DNA of 63,194 nucleotides, the filler included, from Sphacelaria rigidula (taxonomy: Eukaryota), in NCBI GenBank assembly GCA_964200075.2. It is 5 parts of 5 records of this genome, joined end to end, with 100 filler letters (N's around TTAATTAATTAA, not from the genome) between each part and the next. Parts side by side here need not be neighbours in the genome. Positions count along the whole stretch, not along the records: positions 50,638 to 63,194 come from CAXNAA020003634.1; 4 more parts are not named here. One strand, written 5' to 3'. This document shows positions 62,991 through 63,194 of the stretch, piece after piece. The position numbers and the translations under genes are program-made. Position 1 is the stretch's first letter. Each line of letters begins with the position of its first letter. The notes under the pieces were generated by a model, which made no database searches, was not told where the DNA came from, and worked only from the letters and a program-made list of their open reading frames with translations.

Positions 62991-63194
62991 CTCCCCCACC
63001 CCATTATTGGCGTCCCTAACGGCGAGGCTTTTTTTCCTCTTCATAGTGCTTATTACGGTCAGCCGTGCGGTTGGAAGCCCTTACCTGCTCATCCTGATCA
63101 ATTACGGTTAATGTCGGACTCCTTTTCTTATGTTTCACCATTACGTTCAAACCCCCGCCCGTGCAAGACCCGTGGTGCTGATACGTTCGGCACT

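Overview
Eukaryotic, repeat-rich genomic DNA, most likely from a brown alga or related stramenopile. This is an inference from the Gypsy/Copia protein types, the TTAGGG motifs, GT-AG introns and a membrane-anchored RGS gene. The window is not one locus. It is five contigs of 12,560, 12,560, 12,559, 12,558 and 12,557 bp joined by identical artificial 100-nt N/TTAATTAATTAA linkers, so they appear to have been concatenated by size. Contig 1 is a decayed Ty3/Gypsy element with an extra upstream ORF and an integrase ending in a chromodomain plus a second PWWP/Tudor-like domain. Contigs 2 and 3 are mosaics of MITEs, foldback elements and short retroposons, plus a short repeat-spacer-like array and isolated candidate exons, one resembling a linker-histone H15 domain. 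Contig 4 holds a decayed chromodomain Gypsy pol whose putative 3' LTR contains an integrase-derived segment, followed by a non-autonomous two-LTR, gag-only element with a palindrome where a tRNA primer-binding site (PBS) would be. Contig 5 holds a Copia remnant, a minus-strand spliced transmembrane-RGS (G-protein regulator) gene that may be a pseudogene, and four copies of a ~210-bp TGT..ACA MITE carrying telomere-like repeats. No rRNA, intact tRNA, cas gene or intact transposase/pol gene was recognised. All domain calls are by-eye motif matches, not database searches.
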